A stretch of DNA of 64,000 bases from Octopus bimaculoides (lineage: Eukaryota): NCBI RefSeq assembly GCF_001194135.2, contig NC_068984.1, positions 137,686,590-137,750,589 of the forward strand, given 5' to 3'. This document shows, piece by piece, positions 36,839-48,442 of the stretch; the first letter of the stretch is position 1, and every line of letters starts with the position of its first letter. Made by a program: the position numbers and the translations under genes. The notes beneath the pieces were generated by a model. That model did no database searches and was not told the DNA's origin. It was given only the letters and a program-made list of their open reading frames with translations.

Positions 36839-37830
36839 CCCTGATGCAGTACCAGGTAATGGCTCTCATGGCTTTTGATCTTCACAGATTGGAAGTGTTA
36901 TCATGTACATTGTTTTAGGCAAACGGTGTAAAACATCAAACCCATTTCGTAGACCCCCCCATCCTATGAAATAATACATGCTTTCTTATTCTCTCATCAG
37001 TAATATATACCAAGCAATATATACCAAGTATATTACCATCAGTAATATATACCAAGTAATATATACAACTTTGAAGTGACTGGCAGGTTTCACTTCCTTA
37101 TAAAAAATCAGTAGAAATTCTTAGCTAATGAGAGAAGGGTTTTGTTCTGCCAGGTTGGGACGAAAATGGTTGATAAGCGAAGTAATGTTGTGTAATAAAC
37201 AGTCTTTCAGATCAGTTCAAATATGTGTGGGATATTTTTGACTACGAGTAGTTAATAAAAAAAGTAGCGATAGTGTACAGTAAGATCAATGATAGTAGAG
37301 TCTGGCAATCAGGAAGTAGGTAGGATAGGAGGTAAGGGTCCAAAGGATGAAGAAGTTGAGTCAGACAATATAACTGGGGTGGTCACGTGAACGTATATTA
37401 TTTATGGTTTAAAATGGTGCAAAAAAGAAAAATCAACAAAAGACAGAGACGGATGAGGGAACGACAGAGAAGGTGTATTAGTTTCACGCTCAAGAAAAAT
37501 AGAAAAGTCTTTTACGCTTCAAGCATAGGCTCTTCTACAAAAGACACGTGTAACATGTTTAACTGTTACTCCAGATACGTTTTCTACTGTCTCCGTCTTT
37601 TCCTTCTCTCCATCTGGTTTCTCTCCTCATTCCTTTTTGTACATGAGCGTAGGCTCGAAATATCAAAAAACTCTTCCATTCTCCGTGACCGCCAAACTAG
37701 ATTAAAAGTAGTTAAATACAGTTACAGAAAAAATAATTTAGAACCTAGAGCGTAAAACTGGTAGACGATCGGTCACAGGGTGACACAGTTAGATATAGTT
37801 CTCTTTTTTGGTCTCAAATTTATGCTTATA

Positions 37831-38030
37831 GGCGCAGGAGTGGCTGTGTGGTAAGTAGCTTGCTTACCAACCACACGGTTCTGGGTTCAGTCTCACTGCG
37901 TGGCACCTTGGACATGTGTCTTCTACTATAGTCTCGGGCCGACCAAAGCCTTGTGAGTGGATTTGGCAGACGGAAACTGAACGAAGCCCGTCCTATATAT
38001 ATATATATATATATATAAGTACATATACAT

Positions 38031-38102
<72 letters not shown>

Positions 38103-38290
38103 GCATTTGTGTGTCTGTGTTTGTGCTTGACAACCGATGCTGGTATGTTTACGTCCCCGTAACTTAGCGGTTCGGCAAAACAGGCCGATAGAATAAGTAC
38201 TAGGCTCACAAAGAATAAGTCCCGGGGTTGATTAGCTCGACTAAAGGCGGTGCTCCAGCATGGACGCAGTCAAAATGACTGAAACAAATG
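37831..38290 (+). mobile_element. Full-length GGCTGTGTGG-family SINE
   Basis: GGCGCAGGAGTGGCTGTGTGG head, GGTTCAGT B-box, internal TA/CA microsatellite, tail GACTGAAACAA. Confidence 0.9.
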
Positions 38291-38565
38291 AAAGAATTAT
38301 AGTTCTGATCCCATATCTTCTATCTTTTGCTTTTTATCTTTTACTTGTTTCAGTAACCAGACACCGGCCATGCTGGGGCACCGCCCTGAAGAATTTTATT
38401 CAAACAAATCGGTTTCAATACTTATTTTATTTTTTAAGCCTGGTTTCTGTTAGTCGCTTTAATTCTGTTCTATTAGTCTCTTTTACCGAACCTCTGTTAC
38501 GTGGATGTAAATACACCAATACCGGTTGCCAAGGGGTTGGGTTACAAACACAGATGCAAAGACGT

Positions 38566-38610
<45 letters not shown>

Positions 38611-38689
38611 AACATGCAACTAGGCAATGAACTTTGACTTGGATTCTTAAGTGTGTGTCACAAAATCCCAATACATAATGTTCGGTAAC

Positions 38690-39389
38690 GCAACAGCATA
38701 AATATTCTTCTCTACTCTAGACACAAGGCCCGAAATTTTTGGGGAGGTGGGGCCAGTCGATTAGATCGACCCCATTACGCAACTGGTACTTAAGTTATCG
38801 ACCCCGAAAGGATGAAAGGCAAAGTAAACCTCGGCGGAAGTTGAACTCGGAACGTAAAGACAGACGAAATACCGCTATAAGCTTTTCACCCGGCGTGCTA
38901 ACATTTCTGCAAGCTCGCCGCCTTGCAACAGCATAAATATTCTTCTCTACTCTAGGCACAAGGCCCAAAATTTTGGGGCAGGGGGCCAGTCGATTAGCTC
39001 GACCCCATTACGCAATCGATACTTAATTTATCGACCCCGAAAAGATGAAAGGCAAAGTCAACCTCTGCGGAATTTGAACGCAGAACGTAGTGACAGACGA
39101 AATATCGTTAAGCATTTCGCCCGTCGTGCTGACGTTTCTTATTTCTTTATTACCCACAAGGGGCTAAACATAGAGGGGACAAACAAGGACAGACAAAGAG
39201 ATTAAGCCGATTACATCAACACCATTACGCAACTGATACTTAATTTATCGACCTCGAAAGGATGAAAGGCAAAGTCGACCTCTGCGGAATTTGAACGCAG
39301 AACGTAATGACAGACGAAATATCGCTCAGCATTTCGCCCGTCGTGCTGACGTTTCTGTCAGCTCACCGCCATGCAACAGCTTAAATATT
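38690..39389 (-). mobile_element. Tandem monomer plus dimer of the GGCGGCGAGCTGG SINE bounded by three copies of a 17-bp flank
   Basis: GCAACAGC(A/T)TAAATATT at 38690, 38925 and 39373. Confidence 0.8.
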
Positions 39390-39793
39390 GATAAAAAGAT
39401 GAAATGATAGTGTGCAGTTTCTTGTATAATGTACCAGTATAACTAATGCAATTGTTGGAAGAAATTTTGCTATCTCTAATAAAATTATATGTATGAATAA
39501 ATTTACAAGTTTCTCGCCATGTACAAATGAACTGTTCTTATTTTGATAAAAAATTCACTTTACTTATAAGGCTTATATCACGTATTGCTTCTCTTGAATT
39601 CTTATATATATTATTTATTGCGCTTAGTTTATTGTAATTAAATTTGCTTCATCGCTCGATAAAACACGCATATAACACACATTTACGAACATATTCTCTT
39701 TCTCCTGTTTCTCTATTTTAGTCACATACATTCTCGTTAATACGCTCTTATAGAAATATAGTTACGCAAACGTATAAACATACGTGCATAAAT

Positions 39794-39826
<33 letters not shown>

Positions 39827-40089
39827 CATATATACACACACACACACACACGCCCGCGAGCACACACACATAATTTACACGCAAATGCATCGCTGTGAAA
39901 TAAACCAACTCTTCGATCCTTTTATATCTGTTTGGGACATATTTGACCTGTAAAAGGGTCATTTTCACATCGGTTTACCATAAAGGATAATTCTTGCATT
40001 AGGCAAAAGGTGTGAAACACCAACTAATATATGCATTTCGAGCTTTTTATGTTCTGTTTCGTCTTAGATACCAGAAAGCAACTGCGAGA

Positions 40090-40435
40090 TTATTGGAATC
40101 TTTTGCTTGCTCCTAAGGAATCAATAGAAATTATTAAATAAAATCAATAAAAAGAGTACAGTTAATTTGTGGCGAGTGGAAAATCCAACGTTTCGGACAA
40201 AGTCCTTCTTCAGGGAAAAGAAGACAGGAAAAGAATTTATGAGGGACGGCACACTTTTACATCCTCTAAATTAAAAAAAAAAAAAGGAATCTGCCTGTAA
40301 CTGATAAAAAATGCAGGAGTGTGGGAGCTTCATACATGAACAGGAAGTTGTACGGGAGAAAAACAGTGTAAGAGAAGAATAAAATGAGGAGGAGAAGCTG
40401 AAGAACTCGAGTGTGAGATGAAGGAAAGAGATGAA

Positions 40436-40484
<49 letters not shown>

Positions 40485-40870
40485 TGAAGGATAAAATGGA
40501 TAAGAAAGAGTTTAATGAACTAAGTGGAAGTGTGGGTGTCGAAGGATAAATTTGCGTTTAAATTTGTTGCTCAGGGGGTGCCAAATTCGAAAGTGAAACG
40601 TTGTTCCCTCCATTTGCTTGAGAAGGTAAATCCATGGTGTGGCCACTAAGAGCGGGTCGCTATTATTTTAGATTGGCAAATGGTACATTTGCTAATGTAC
40701 GAGAAGCATTGTCAAGCTTGAATTAATTAATCAGAAGCGCACAAACTAGTTGTGAATGAAACAAAAAAAAAAGTTTTATACAATCTTATTTAAGACGTTT
40801 GTGTGCACTCGGATATGGAAAGGCAATGTGCTGCACATATTGTCCTGAGAGCAGACATTCTCTTAAGAGC
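40090..40870 (-). mobile_element. Penelope-like element remnant (GIY-YIG C-terminus and terminal region) interrupted by (GA)n
   Basis: The minus strand gives EQRFTFEFGTP..TNLN (cf. EQ.LIF.LGTL.P.GLN). A hammerhead motif lies downstream on the same strand. Confidence 0.55.
40184..40216 (-). ncRNA. Minimal hammerhead ribozyme motif with an intact core
   Basis: TCC / CTGAAGA / A / GGAC-TTT-GTCC / GAAAC / GTT / GGA on the minus strand. Confidence 0.6.
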
Positions 40871-41129
40871 CGCCAGCTCTTAGTGGCCATGAACAGCGGC
40901 TAGGCATTTGTAGCTGATGATGCGTAACAATGTAGGAACGCATGCGTGCTACGGTTTGGTGGCATCATACATGGCCTTTTGGTATATTCAAATCCATAAT
41001 GTCTCTGTGCAGTGTATTGTTTTTCCACCCCCGAGTGTACGAACATGTTAAATATGATTGCACGTAACTATATTTCATTCAACACTGATTAAGCGCACCT
41101 CTAGTTAATGTGTGTATATATATCACTGT

Positions 41130-41540
41130 ATCAATCAAACCGGGCGAAATGCTTAGCGGTATTTCGTCTGCCATTACGTTCTGAGTTCAAATTCCGCCGA
41201 AGTCGACTTCGCCTTTCATCCTTTCGTGGTCGATAAATTAAGTACCAGTGAAACACTGGGGTCGATGTAATTGACTTAATCCCTTCGTCTGTCTTTGTTT
41301 GTCCCCTTTATGTTTAGCCCCTTGTGGGCAATAATGAAATAAGAAACGTTAGCACGCTGGGCGAAATGCTTAATGGTATTTCGTCTGCCGTTACGTTCTG
41401 AGTTCAAATTCCGCCGAGGTCGATTTTGCCTTTCATCCTTTCGGGGTCGATAAATCAAGTACTAGTTACGCACTGAGGTCGATGTAATCGACTTAATCCC
41501 TTTGTCTGTCCTTGTTTGTCCTCTCTATGTTTAGCTCTCT
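41130..41540 (+). mobile_element. Dimeric GGCGGCGAGCTGG-family SINE
   Basis: Two similar monomers joined by the conserved AATAA.GAAATAAGAAACGTTAGCACG linker. Confidence 0.8.
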
Positions 41541-41703
41541 GTGAGCAATAAAGAAACGAATATAGCAACCGTAATGTTAATGATTTTCATACAAGGCTCG
41601 ATGTATGTCGATGCGGTGTATAACCATTTCGACGAATTCACTACTTCAATGGTTCCTAAGAAAGGTAGAAAGCAACGGATGTCGTAAGAGAGAGGGAGAT
41701 AGC

Positions 41704-41771
<68 letters not shown>

Positions 41772-44477
41772 AGTTGACTATCTCACCATCCTCCATCACT
41801 TGACTGGTATGCATTGTATCAATCTCTAAGTGGTGAGGTGGGAGAATCGTTAACGTCTTAGGCCAAACTGTTTAAAGACGTCTATTCTGGCTCTTTACGT
41901 TTCGAGATCAAATACCGCTGAGATCAACTTTACTGTTTTTTTTATTTTCATTCGGGGGGCGATAATATAAAGCAGTCGTGTACAGGGGTCGATGTAATCC
42001 ACTAATTCGTTCCCTGTAAAATTGCTGGTCTTGTTCCAAAATTTGAAACCATTGTATCTACATCAGAAGAATGCTAGATAAAATCGATCTTCCAGAGATA
42101 GAGAAAGAAAGAGGTAGACGGACAGAGAAAAAGAGAAGAGAGAGAGAAGAACGTTAGATAAAATCAATTTTGACGGGACTCGATTTCAGATCATGAAGGG
42201 ATGTAAATAAATACAACAAGGTATTTAAATTAGTTACCTACTATCGTAGTGTATAAAATGTAAAATAATTTTTAACATTGGTACAATGAAATACACTATG
42301 TTCGTCGCACTACTGCGTATACTAATCGTAAATTCGGCGATAAGCTGGCAGAACCACTCGGGTGTCGGATAAAAATAATGTTGTGCGGTATTTGTTCCGG
42401 CCCTCTTCACACTGATTTCAAATTCCACTGACGTCAAATTTACCTTCCACCCCTTTGGGGAGTCAATGAATAAAGCACCATACTAAAAATGTGCCATTTT
42501 TTATTCTTCTCTCTCCCTTCTCTTTTTGTTCTGCCTGTCTGTCTGTCTCTTTCTTCCTCTCAGTTGTGGTTAGACCTAGATGGGAGAAGGGTTTCACCAG
42601 CGTTAAATGTCCAGGGTGAGATGCATGTCACGTCGGCGTCTCTACAACTCAAAACCTGGGACTCCCAGACAAGAATTCGCAATCGTAAATATTAAGAAAA
42701 GGAATGAAATAAGGAATATGGAAAGCCATACCTGAAATAAGACACGACATTGAACTAATATACATGCGTGGCTTTGTAGTAAGAAGTTTACTTCCCAATC
42801 TCATGGTATCAGGTTCAATCCCACTGCATGGCACTGTGGGCAAGTGTCTTCTACTGTAGCTAAGAGCCGATCAAAGACTTTTGAGTGGATTTGGTCGACA
42901 GAAACTGAAAGAAGCCTGCCATATATATATGTATGTGTGTGTGTATGTGTGCGACTTTATGCCTGTGTTTATGTCCCCTAGCGTTTGAAAACAAGTGTTG
43001 GTTTGTTTATGTACCCATAAGGTAGCGGTTCGCCAAAAGAGAACCGATAGAACAAGTAAAAAGTTTTAAAGAAATAAGTACTANNNNNNNNNNNNNNNNN
43101 NNNNNNNNNNNNNNNNNNNNNNNNNNNNNNNNNNNNNNNNNNNNNNNNNNNNNNNNNNNNNNNNNNNNNNNNNNNNNNNNNNNNNNNNNNNNNNNNNNNN
43201 NNNNNNNNNNNNNNNNNNNNNNNNNNNNNNNNNNNNNNNNNNNNNNNNNNNNNNNNNNNNNNNNNNNNNNNNNNNNNNNNNNNNNNNNNNNNNNNNNNNN
43301 NNNNNNNNNNNNNNNNNNNNNNNNNNNNNNNNNNNNNNNNNNNNNNNNNNNNNNNNNNNNNNNNNNNNNNNNNNNNNNNNNNNNNNNNNNNNNNNNNNNN
43401 NNNNNNNNNNNNNNNNNNNNNNNNNNNNNNNNNNNNNNNNNNNNNNNNNNNNNNNNNNNNNNNNNNNNNNNNNNNNNNNNNNNNNNNNNNNNNNNNNNNN
43501 NNNNNNNNNNNNNNNNNNNNNNNNNNNNNNNNNNNNNNNNNNNNNNNNNNNNNNNNNNNNNNNNNNNNNNNNNNNNNNNNNNNNNNNNNNNNNNNNNNNN
43601 NNNNNNNNNNNNNNNNNNNNNNNNNNNNNNNNNNNNNNNNNNNNNNNNNNNNNNNNNNNNNNNNNNNNNNNNNNNNNNNNNNNNNNNNNNNNNNNNNNNN
43701 NNNNNNNNNNNNNNNNNNNNNNNNNNNNNNNNNNNNNNNNNNNNNNNNNNNNNNNNNNNNNNNNNNNNNNNNNNNNNNNNNNNNNNNNNNNNNNNNNNNN
43801 NNNNNNNNNNNNNNNNNNNNNNNNNNNNNNNNNNNNNNNNNNNNNNNNNNNNNNNNNNNNNNNNNNNNNNNNNNNNNNNNNNNNNNNNNNNNNNNNNNNN
43901 NNNNNNNNNNNNNNNNNNNNNNNNNTATATATATACATATATATATATGTACATATATATATATGTATATATACATACATACACATGTATATACACATGC
44001 ATGTAAAAGTATAATATATATATATATATGCATATATATTTATGCGTGTGTGCATATACGTGCGTGTATGCGTGGCTGTATTTAAATATATACGTATATG
44101 TATTTAGACAAATTATACATGCATATATGCGCACATTACGTACCTATAATTACACTCGAATTTACAAGTGTATGCTTAAATGCATGTACATATATGCATA
44201 TTTTACTCGTGTGTGTGTATGTAAGTACGTGTACCTGCGTGTGTATTTGTATGTGTGCGTGTGTTGGGGATGTATTTTATAAGTAGGAATGTTAGAGATA
44301 TTGCAGTCAATCTGAATATTCTATCCGAAATCGTGGGTCATATTTACAAACTCCATTGTCTGAACTTATTTGCATGGATACATGTTATATTTTATGATCG
44401 CCAATTTAAATTTACTTCTTACTAAATCTCACCATTTTCCCACAGTTTCTTCATTAAGCTCTTTGGCTTTTATTTTC

Positions 44478-45104
44478 TTATTTCCGGCCGATGTCCAAAA
44501 GTTTTTCCCTGATTTTATTTTTCTCCATTCGTTTTCGTGACTCTTCCAGAATTCTTGCGATTGCCGTGAGTGGTGCGTTGATCGAGTAACCTTGACGCCT
44601 GTTCATCATATGTCTATCGTTATTAGTGATCCAGCACCTACACACTGGGTCAAAAAAGGGTTCATTTTCAAAGTCGTCTTTTGTGATGCTGTAAAGATCT
44701 TTGTTCGTGGATGTGTCTTGTCTTTTCTGCAAAGCTGGATACAATGTTAACAACTTCAATTTCTTCTCGCCATCAGTCTTCGTAGCAATATTACCATTGT
44801 CATTATTATAGTAATATTCGTCGTTGTTCTTACCCAAGTCCTCTTCGACGTCATTGCTGTTTATATCATTTTGAATTTTATATAGAAGTTGTTTAGTTTT
44901 AGAACCTTCGCCAGTAACACCCCCACTGTCATCAAAGTCACTGCGAAATGTGCCGTCGTCGTAGGCAGATAATTTTTTATCTCCAGTTTCGTAATCATTG
45001 GAAAGGAATACTGAGTTTAAAGTGTCAGGCCGATTTCTGCATAGAACCATATTTGGAATCATTAGAGAAAGTAGTACTGACATTATAAGTATTGATTTCA
45101 ACAT
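44478..45104 (-). CDS. ELH: Egg-laying hormone (ELH)/CRF/DH44-family neuropeptide precursor, 208 aa
   Basis: GCCACC-ATG at 45104; hydrophobic leader MLKSILIMSVLLSLMIPNMVLC; acidic spacer; KR and RR sites; C-terminal QGYSINAPLTAIARILEESRKRMEKNKIREKLLDI-GRK*. It aligns by eye with Aplysia ELH (ISINQDLKAITDML...RQRLLEK-amide). The 34 extra N-terminal residues in the ORF track span an intron 3' end (T-tract CTATTTACAG| at 45141). Confidence 0.88.
   Translation of the reverse strand: MLKSILIMSVLLSLMIPNMVLCRNRPDTLNSVFLSNDYETGDKKLSAYDDGTFRSDFDDSGGVTGEGSKTKQLLYKIQNDINSNDVEEDLGKNNDEYYYNNDNGNIATKTDGEKKLKLLTLYPALQKRQDTSTNKDLYSITKDDFENEPFFDPVCRCWITNNDRHMMNRRQGYSINAPLTAIARILEESRKRMEKNKIREKLLDIGRK
44490..44594 (-). 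other. Predicted mature ELH/CRF-like peptide, 35 aa (possible pyroGlu, C-terminal amide)
   Basis: Preceded by RR (44595-44600) and followed by G-R-K-stop, the amidation and cleavage signal. It has the S-I-N-x-x-L motif typical of CRF/DH44/ELH peptides. Confidence 0.8.
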
Positions 45105-45272
45105 GGTGGCACGAAAATTATTCAAAAAATTGGTCAATCTCTGTAAATAGAAAAAAAAAGAACGAAAATATAGACACAAAAGATATATGTAAATATATAA
45201 AAACAAAAGGATAAAGAGAGCAAAGGTAAGGTTGAAGAATTATTAATTTAAAGGCACTAGGAAGAAATAATT

Positions 45273-45305
<33 letters not shown>

Positions 45306-45339
45306 GCAACAACAACAACAACAATAGTAATGGTTTCAA

Positions 45340-45562
45340 ATTTTTCCACAAGAGCAGTGATTTGGGGGAAGGGGATGAGTCGATTACATCGACCCCAGTG
45401 TTCAACTGGTACTTATTTCATCGATTCCGAAAGGATGAAAGGCAAAGTCAATCTCGGCGGAATTTGAACTCAGAACGTAGCGACCGGCGGAAATATTGCT
45501 AAGCATCTCATCCAGCACGCTAACGATTCTACCAGCTCATCGCCTTAATAATAATAATAATG

Positions 45563-45644
<82 letters not shown>

Positions 45645-45810
45645 CTTCAAATTTTGGCACAAGGCTAGCAATTCTGAGGAAAGTGCTATGTCGATTACAT
45701 TTACCCTAGTACGTAACTGGTACTTATTTTATCGACCTCGGAAGGGATGAAAAGCAAAGTCGACTCTGGCAGAATTTGAACTCCGAATATTGAGACGGAG
45801 GAAATGCCGA
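45340..45810 (-). mobile_element. Two GGCGGCGAGCTGG-family SINEs separated by (TAA)n(TGA)n in the ELH-like intron
   Basis: Both show CGAAAGGATGAAA.GCAAAGTC...GAATTTGAACTC. Confidence 0.75.
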
Positions 45811-46194
45811 TATGTATTTTGTGCAAGAGTCCTCTCTCTTTTCCTTTCGTTCTCATTTTCACTCACGGCATTTCTCTCTGGAAATAAACGGCTGTTTTTG
45901 GATCTAGAGAGGTTTTTCAAAGTACACACACACACACATACAAACATGCGGACACACACAAATGTGTGTGCGTGTGTGCGTGTGTGCGTGTGTGCATTTT
46001 TTTCGGCGTTTCTAAACATCCAATTTCAACCAAGTTGTTTTTTTTTTTCCTTCATCTACAATTTTATGTTTAACTATTATTATAATAACAATTAAAATAC
46101 CACACATAATATTTTCAAACACAACATGAGTTTAGGAAATTGGAAACGAGAAAAATCGAGAGTGTAATTGTTTCGTAACAAGTTGAAGACTTAC

Positions 46195-46540
46195 TATTTG
46201 AGAACAGCAAATAACACTGAACTGGAATCAACGTCCGAGTTAAGCAAACGCCATTTTCCCAGTAGCGTTGTTAGTATTTCCGTGATGGAAAGTAATTTGA
46301 AACAGTGAACAAACAGCAAAAGAAACCGAACCCAGCATTAATATTTAGGATAAATAGAAGCCATTGTTATATTTGTATTTGTTCGTTTAGTCATTGATGA
46401 AAGTGCAAAAAGAAAATGGAAACACAAAGCCTACTGAATCTAGTAAGGAGTGGGTAATACGATTCACTTTAGACAAGTGCTTGCTGTCCATGTCTTTTGC
46501 TCTTCTCGAATGTTAAAAGCACTGCTTGCTATATATATAC
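46195..46540 (-). promoter_or_regulatory. Candidate TATA/Inr promoter and non-coding exon 1 of the ELH-like gene
   Basis: On the minus strand, TATATATATAG starts at 46539, an Inr-like ACATTC has its A at 46511 (28 nt later), and a GTAAGT donor lies at 46194-46189. This would splice to the acceptor at 45141 (1054-nt intron). Confidence 0.35.
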
Positions 46541-46670
46541 GTTTTTCAAGAAGGTCGTAAAGAAATACTATGTGTACGGCATTTGTCGATGGTACGTTGG
46601 ATTACACAAAAGAACTATTGTCACAACGAAACAGCAGGGGAGCCTCTAGGCAGCCGCTCACCCGACTAGA

Positions 46671-47142
46671 AAGAGCGGCAACAGTCATTTGTAAATCACA
46701 ACACAATCATTCGTAAATCAGAACTTTTTTGATTTAAATAAAGAGCGGTAACAATCATTCGTAAATCACAATGCAATCATTCGTAAATCACAACTTTTCT
46801 TATTTAAATAAAGAACGGCAACAATCATTCGTAAGTCACAACACAATCTTTCGTAAATCACAACTTTTCTGATTTAAATAAAGAGCGTCAACAATCATTC
46901 GTAAATCACAACGCAATTATTCGTAAATCACAACTTTTCTGATTTAAATAAAGAGCAGCAAAAATCATTCGTAAATCACAACACAATTATTCGTAAATCA
47001 CAACCTCTTTGATTTAAATAAAGAGCGTCAACAATCATTCGTAAATCACAACGCAATTATTCGTAAATCACAACTTTTCTGATTTAAATAAAGAGTAGCA
47101 AAAATCATTCGTAAATCACAACTTTTCTGATTTGAATAAAGA
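46671..47142. repeat. 70-bp minisatellite, six full units plus a shortened seventh
   Basis: Unit starts (AAGAGC..CA) at 46671, 46741, 46811, 46881, 46951, 47021 and 47091; internal repeat CAATCATTCGTAAATCACAAC of about 21 bp. Confidence 0.95.
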
Positions 47143-47264
47143 ATACATTAGGTGATATAAATTAAAAAACAAAACAAAAAACATTGGGATAGACACTGCC
47201 TTTTTCTCAATCTAAATTGACTTGGAGTTAAACAACAATAACAACAACAACAACAACAACAACA

Positions 47265-47298
<34 letters not shown>

Positions 47299-47668
47299 TA
47301 TTCCCAACCTTGCACCGTCTAATGGAGGTGGATTAACAATAAATATAAGTTGAAGTTGCTTATGCCAAGTCCAATTTTGAATTCCTGATTTCAGTATTTG
47401 TAAGATATGATAGTTTCAACATAGCACATGAAAACATTTTCACATGCCATATTCTCACAGAAAAAAAAAAATGCTTGTTTTTAGGGCCTTAAATCTTTGG
47501 ACGCGGAAAGGGGTTATATTCGCTCCATGTTCTCTGACCGATAACCGCGTAAAGTAGTTTTACCCCATGGCTTAAGATATTTTTTTGTATGCTGCGAAAA
47601 GCGGAGACAACCTCAGTGGTACTTTTTACAAAAGACAACTTTTCAAGTTTTCTTAGATCTTTCACGTA

Positions 47669-47705
<37 letters not shown>

Positions 47706-48442
47706 NNNNNNNNNNNNNNNNNNNNNNNNNNNNNNNNNNNNNNNNNNNNNNNNNNNNNNNNNNNNNNNNNNNNNNNNNNNNNNNNNNNNNNNNNNNNNNN
47801 NNNNNNNNNNNNNNNNNNNNNNNNNNNNNNTATATATAAAAGGGTAAAGGTACGTTCTCGAGTCATGTCGACACATAAGAGCCGGTTTCCCCTTTTATCA
47901 TGGCGTATAAATTCCTCACCTCGATGGAACGCCGGTCCGTCAGAGGATCACTAATTTTTGCCAGCTGAGTGGACTGGAGCAACGTGAAATGAAGTGGTTT
48001 GCTCAAGAACACAACGTATCACCTAGTCCAAGAATTGAAACCACAATCTTACGATCATGAGTCCAACACCCTAACCACTAAGCCATACGCTTCTACATTT
48101 AATCAAATATCACTTTACAGAGCAAACATCAAATACTTTTAGTGGTGAATATGAAAAGGGAGTAGAGGAGTAGAAAATAGCACTTCCATTTTTTGTGTGG
48201 ATGAGGACCACGGAACTTAAGTACGCATTGAAAAAGTTAAATAATTCACTCCAAAGTTAGATCCAAGCTTCAACAAACGCTGATTTTCTTTCTGTTTCTA
48301 TAGTAGTCCAGCACATAAAAAAAAAGGTAATGAAATTAAAATTAACAACAGAGCCGCAGAAAAATTAGTGGTTATTTACGTTGGTAAGAAAATTGTAGAG
48401 TGAATTTCGTGAGTCTGGATGTCCTTATATATCGCTGTCGTG

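Noticed and set aside
36766-36869. Poly-Ile 'signal or TM' N-terminus on the 161-aa RLE ORF
   Set aside because: (ATT)n microsatellite read in frame with a 5'-truncated LINE.
45105-45206. N-terminal 34 aa of the 242-aa ORF (MFLYIYIY...)
   Set aside because: It runs through a polypyrimidine tract and AG acceptor at 45141. The downstream ATG has a perfect Kozak context and begins the signal peptide.
46671-47142. CRISPR-like regular array
   Set aside because: No unique spacers, the units are wholly repeated, the context is eukaryotic and there are no cas genes.
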